Shown: positions 60,770-64,000 of the stretch, piece by piece | How positions within the stretch are numbered: the stretch's first letter is position 1 | Layout: the number at the start of each line of letters is the position of its first letter | Assembly: GCA_965645245.1 (NCBI GenBank) | Contig: OZ287088.1 | Span: forward strand, 868,001 to 932,000 | Length of the DNA stretch: 64,000 nt | Reading direction: 5' to 3' | Source of the DNA: Massalongia carnosa | Taxonomy: Eukaryota | Position numbers and translations under genes: made by a program | The notes under the pieces: generated by a model | Seen by the model: only the letters and a program-made list of their open reading frames with translations | Database searches by the model: none | What the model was told of the DNA's origin: nothing

Positions 60770-63700
60770 ATGGATGGCGTTTCGGGAGCAGCAAGTGTCA
60801 TCGCTATCATCGACATATCCGTTAAAATCATCTCGCTCTGTTTCCAGTACTCAGCCGCCGTCAAGGATGCGAAGAAGGACATCGAACGCCTTCAAAAGAA
60901 GGTTAGCGACATCAAAGACGTCCTCGAAGATGTCAAGAAGCTATTGGATGGACGGGACAAAACGCGGCTTTCGACTACCCACAAGTTAACGGGCTGGCTC
61001 AAAGAATGCTCTCTGCAGCTAGAAGAGCTGAATTCGCAGCTGAAACCCGGGAAGACTCGCAAGGCCATGAGCCGGTTTGGGGTTCGATCTTTGCAATGGC
61101 CTTTTACGAGCGAGAAGGTGGAAAATCTTGTCGCTAGTCTTGAAAGATCCGAGCAGAAATACAATCTAGCACTCCAAGTGGACCAAACGTGAGTCCCTGA
61201 GCTCCCGAGTCTTGTTGCGGACGAGGGTGGCTGATAAGCTATGTAGGGGCATCATGCTAGACGTTGATCAGAAGATGAACCTCGCCAAACTGCCGGTCGC
61301 TAATGGAGCGTCATTCGACTCGCACATGGAGGAGCACAATGCAAGATGCCTTGCAAATACTAGAGTGGAGCTGCAGCGTCAAATTAAGGAATGGGCGAAG
61401 GACGGGTATGGCAAACCAATATTCTGGTTAAACGGTATGGCTGGCACTGGAAAGTCTACGATTGCACGGACTGTTGCCCGGCTATTTGCCGATGAATATC
61501 AGCTTGGCGCAAGCTTTTTCTTCAAGAAAGGGGAGGGTGACCGGGGAACTGCAGGCAGACTCTTCACCACTATCGCCAAAGATCTGATGGCTCATGTACC
61601 AGGGTTAAAATCAGGCATAGCGAAAGCAATCGATGCTGACCCAGGGATTTCCGATAAAGCTCTAAAAGAACAGTTCGAGAAGTTGATCGTCCAGCCACTC
61701 TCAGAACTGAGGCAGGCTCCTCCAAATGTATCGGGACTAGTTATCGTAATAGACGCGTTAGACGAGTGCGAGCGAGATGAAGATATAAAAGTAATCCTTC
61801 AACTTCTCGCACGAACCAAGTATCTTGGGCCAATTTCGTTACGGGCTTTTGTAACGAGCAGACCGGAGCTCCCCATTCGTCACGGCTTCAAGCAAATGTT
61901 AGACGGAATGCATCAGGACCTAATTCTTCACGATATACCAAAAGAGACAATTGAACATGACATAACGCTCTTCTTAGAGCATAAGCTCAGGATGGTAGGT
62001 GAGCAGCGCTCATTGCCCCAAGACTGGCCTAGCAAGAATCAAATCCAGGCCCTAGTTGAGATGGCCATTCCCCTGTTTATCTTCGCTGCCACGGCCTGTC
62101 GATTTATTGAAGATAAACGAGACAATCCTAAAAAGCGCTTGGAGAACATTCTTCAGTATCAAACGACAAATCAGGTCTCCAAGCTGGATAGAACGTATCT
62201 TCCAATTCTAAATCAGTTATTTGATGATAAAGACGAGGTAGACAAAGAGAGGAGGACTAGCGAATTCCGAGAATTAGTCGGGAGTATTGTTGTTCTGGAG
62301 AGTCCCCTCTCGATTGTCTCACTTGCACACCTCCTTAATATTCCTAAAGAGGATATTAGCTGCAGGCTAGACTTACTACACTCTGTGCTCAGCATCCCTG
62401 TTGACGAGGATATGCCCATAAGGCTTCTACATTTATCTTTTCGTGACTTTCTCCTTGATACTCAAAAGCTTGGGAAGAGCCCGTTCTGGGTAGACGAGCG
62501 GGAAACGCATAAGAGATTAGCTAGCAAGTGCATTCAACTAATGTCCAGTCCAAAGGGTCTAAGGCAAAACATGTGCAACTTAACGAGGCCTGGAACTCTA
62601 AGAAGCGAGCTCAATAATCAGATAATAGACAATGCTTTATCACTAGAAGTCCGATACGCCTGCCGCTACTGGGCGCACCACTTAAAGCAGAGTGAAGGCT
62701 GTATCCGTGACGGAGACCCAGTTCACGTATTTCTACAAAAGTACTTCCTTTACTGGCTAGAAGCTATGAGTCTTATGGGAGAGACATCCAATAGCATTTG
62801 TATAATTAACAACCTGCAACCGCTTACAGATGTAAGGTATTATTAGGCCCTTTGTATTGGTTCCTATTCTTACTTGTCAATCTAGGCCGATAAAAGTGCC
62901 GCGATATCGGCCTTTCTTCACGATGGAAAGCGCTTTGCCCTGCGGAACAGATCAATACTAGAAGAGGCACCTCTACAACTCTATTCTTCAGCCTTAATCT
63001 TCGCTCCAGAGATGAGTATAACACGGAAAATATTCGACGATCATATTCCTAAATGGATTACTAGACTACCAAAGGTGCAAAAAGATTGGAATGCCTTACT
63101 GCAGACGCTCGAGGGTCACTCGAGCTGGGTCATCGCTGTAGCCTTCTCGCCGGACGGCCAGCTGATAGCGTCTGCCTCGCTCGACAACACGATCCGGCTC
63201 TGGGACACAGGTACAGGGTCTTGCCGCAGCACTCTCGAGGGTCACTCGGCCGTGATCAAGGCTGTAGCCTTCTCGCCGGACGGCCAGCTGATAGCGTCTG
63301 CCTCGTACGACAAGACGATCCGGCTCTGGGACGCAGGTACAGGGTCTTGCCGCAGCACGCTCGAGGGTCACTCGGACGAGGTCAGGGCTGTAGCCTTCTC
63401 GCCGGACGGCCAGCTGATAGCGTCTGCCGACAAGACGATCCAACTCTGGGACGCAGGTACAGGGTCTTGCCGCAGCACGCTCGAGGGTCACTCGGACGAG
63501 GTCAGGGCTGTAGCCTTCTCGCCGGACGGCCAGCTGATAGCGTCTGCCTCGGACGACAACACGATCCGGCTCTGGGACGCAGGTACAGGGTCTTGCCGCA
63601 GCACGCTCGAGGGTCACTCGGGCTGGGTCAGGGCTGTAGCCTTCTCGCCGGACGGCCAGCTGATAGCGTCTGCCTCGTACGACAACACGATCCGGCTCTG

Positions 63701-64000
63701 GGACGCAGGTACAGGGTCTTGCCGCAGCACGCTCGAGGGTCACTCGGACTGGGTCAGCGCTGTAGCCTTCTCGCCGGACGGCCAGCTGATAGCGTCTACC
63801 TCGCTCGACAACACGATCCGGCTCTGGGACGCAGGTACAGGGTCTTGCCGCAGCACGCTCGAGGGTCACTCGGGCTGGGTCAGGGCTGTAGCCTTCTCGC
63901 CGGACGGCCAGCTGATAGCGTCTGCCTCGGGCAACAGCACGATCCGGCTCTGGGACGCAGGTACAGGGTCTTGCCGCAGCACGCTCGAGGGTCACTCGGA
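60770..64000 (+). CDS. Fungal NLR: HeLo-like N-terminus, NACHT, WD40 repeats (exons 60770-61188, 61247-62831, 62886->64000; runs off the window)
   Basis: N-terminal MDGVSGAASVIAII helix; GMAGTGKST P-loop; IVIDALDEC Walker B; HLSFRDFL; two GT..AG introns preserve the frame; TLEGHS...WD repeats. Confidence 0.95.
63105..64000 (+). repeat. Near-identical 126-bp WD40-coding tandem repeats (7 complete units plus the start of an 8th)
   Basis: Units start at 63105, 63231, 63357, 63477, 63603, 63729, 63855 and 63981; the third unit is 120 bp. Confidence 0.97.

Noticed and set aside
63096..63995. 299-aa repetitive minus-strand ORF
   Set aside because: Antisense shadow of the WD40 repeats; the real frame is on the plus strand and is missing from the track only because it has no stop inside the window
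63105..64000. CRISPR-like regular repeat
   Set aside because: The repeats are contiguous in-frame coding units with no unique spacers; eukaryotic context and no cas genes
1..64000. Starship captain (tyrosine recombinase) or RNA genes
   Set aside because: No DUF3435-like ORF, rRNA or tRNA fold recognised; the tRNA-like 12-mer at 25052-25063 is a PBS

Overview
A transposon-saturated window from a filamentous ascomycete (spliceosomal GT..AG introns, fungal TE families); the species cannot be determined from the sequence alone. Intact or near-intact units: (1) a 6.0-kb DNA transposon (26022-32030) with 95-bp TIRs and an 8-bp TSD, carrying two convergent intron-containing genes, a DUF6589-like putative transposase and a RecQ-like SF2 helicase, i.e. 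AcademH-like but with atypical termini and TSD; (2) a chromovirus-type Gypsy element (13250-19588) nested in the 3' LTR of a Copia element (13224-25295); (3) an intact Fot1/pogo DD35D element (46407-48575); (4) a full-length Tad1-like LINE (54413-60476); (5) the 5' part of a fungal NLR (HeLo-like N-terminus, NACHT, highly conserved WD40 repeats; 60770 to beyond the window end). The remainder is solo LTRs of about ten families, a hAT-type MITE family with 8-bp TSDs, Tc1 and pogo relics, decayed LINE and Gypsy fragments, and two host-gene relics. Readable cis-signals include a candidate self-priming PBS and -1 frameshift (Gypsy), a half-tRNA PBS and candidate UGA-readthrough structure (Copia), and a conserved LINE 3' stem-loop. 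Old sequence shows an apparent CC/GG-directed decay signature. All family assignments come from motif recognition by eye, not database searches.
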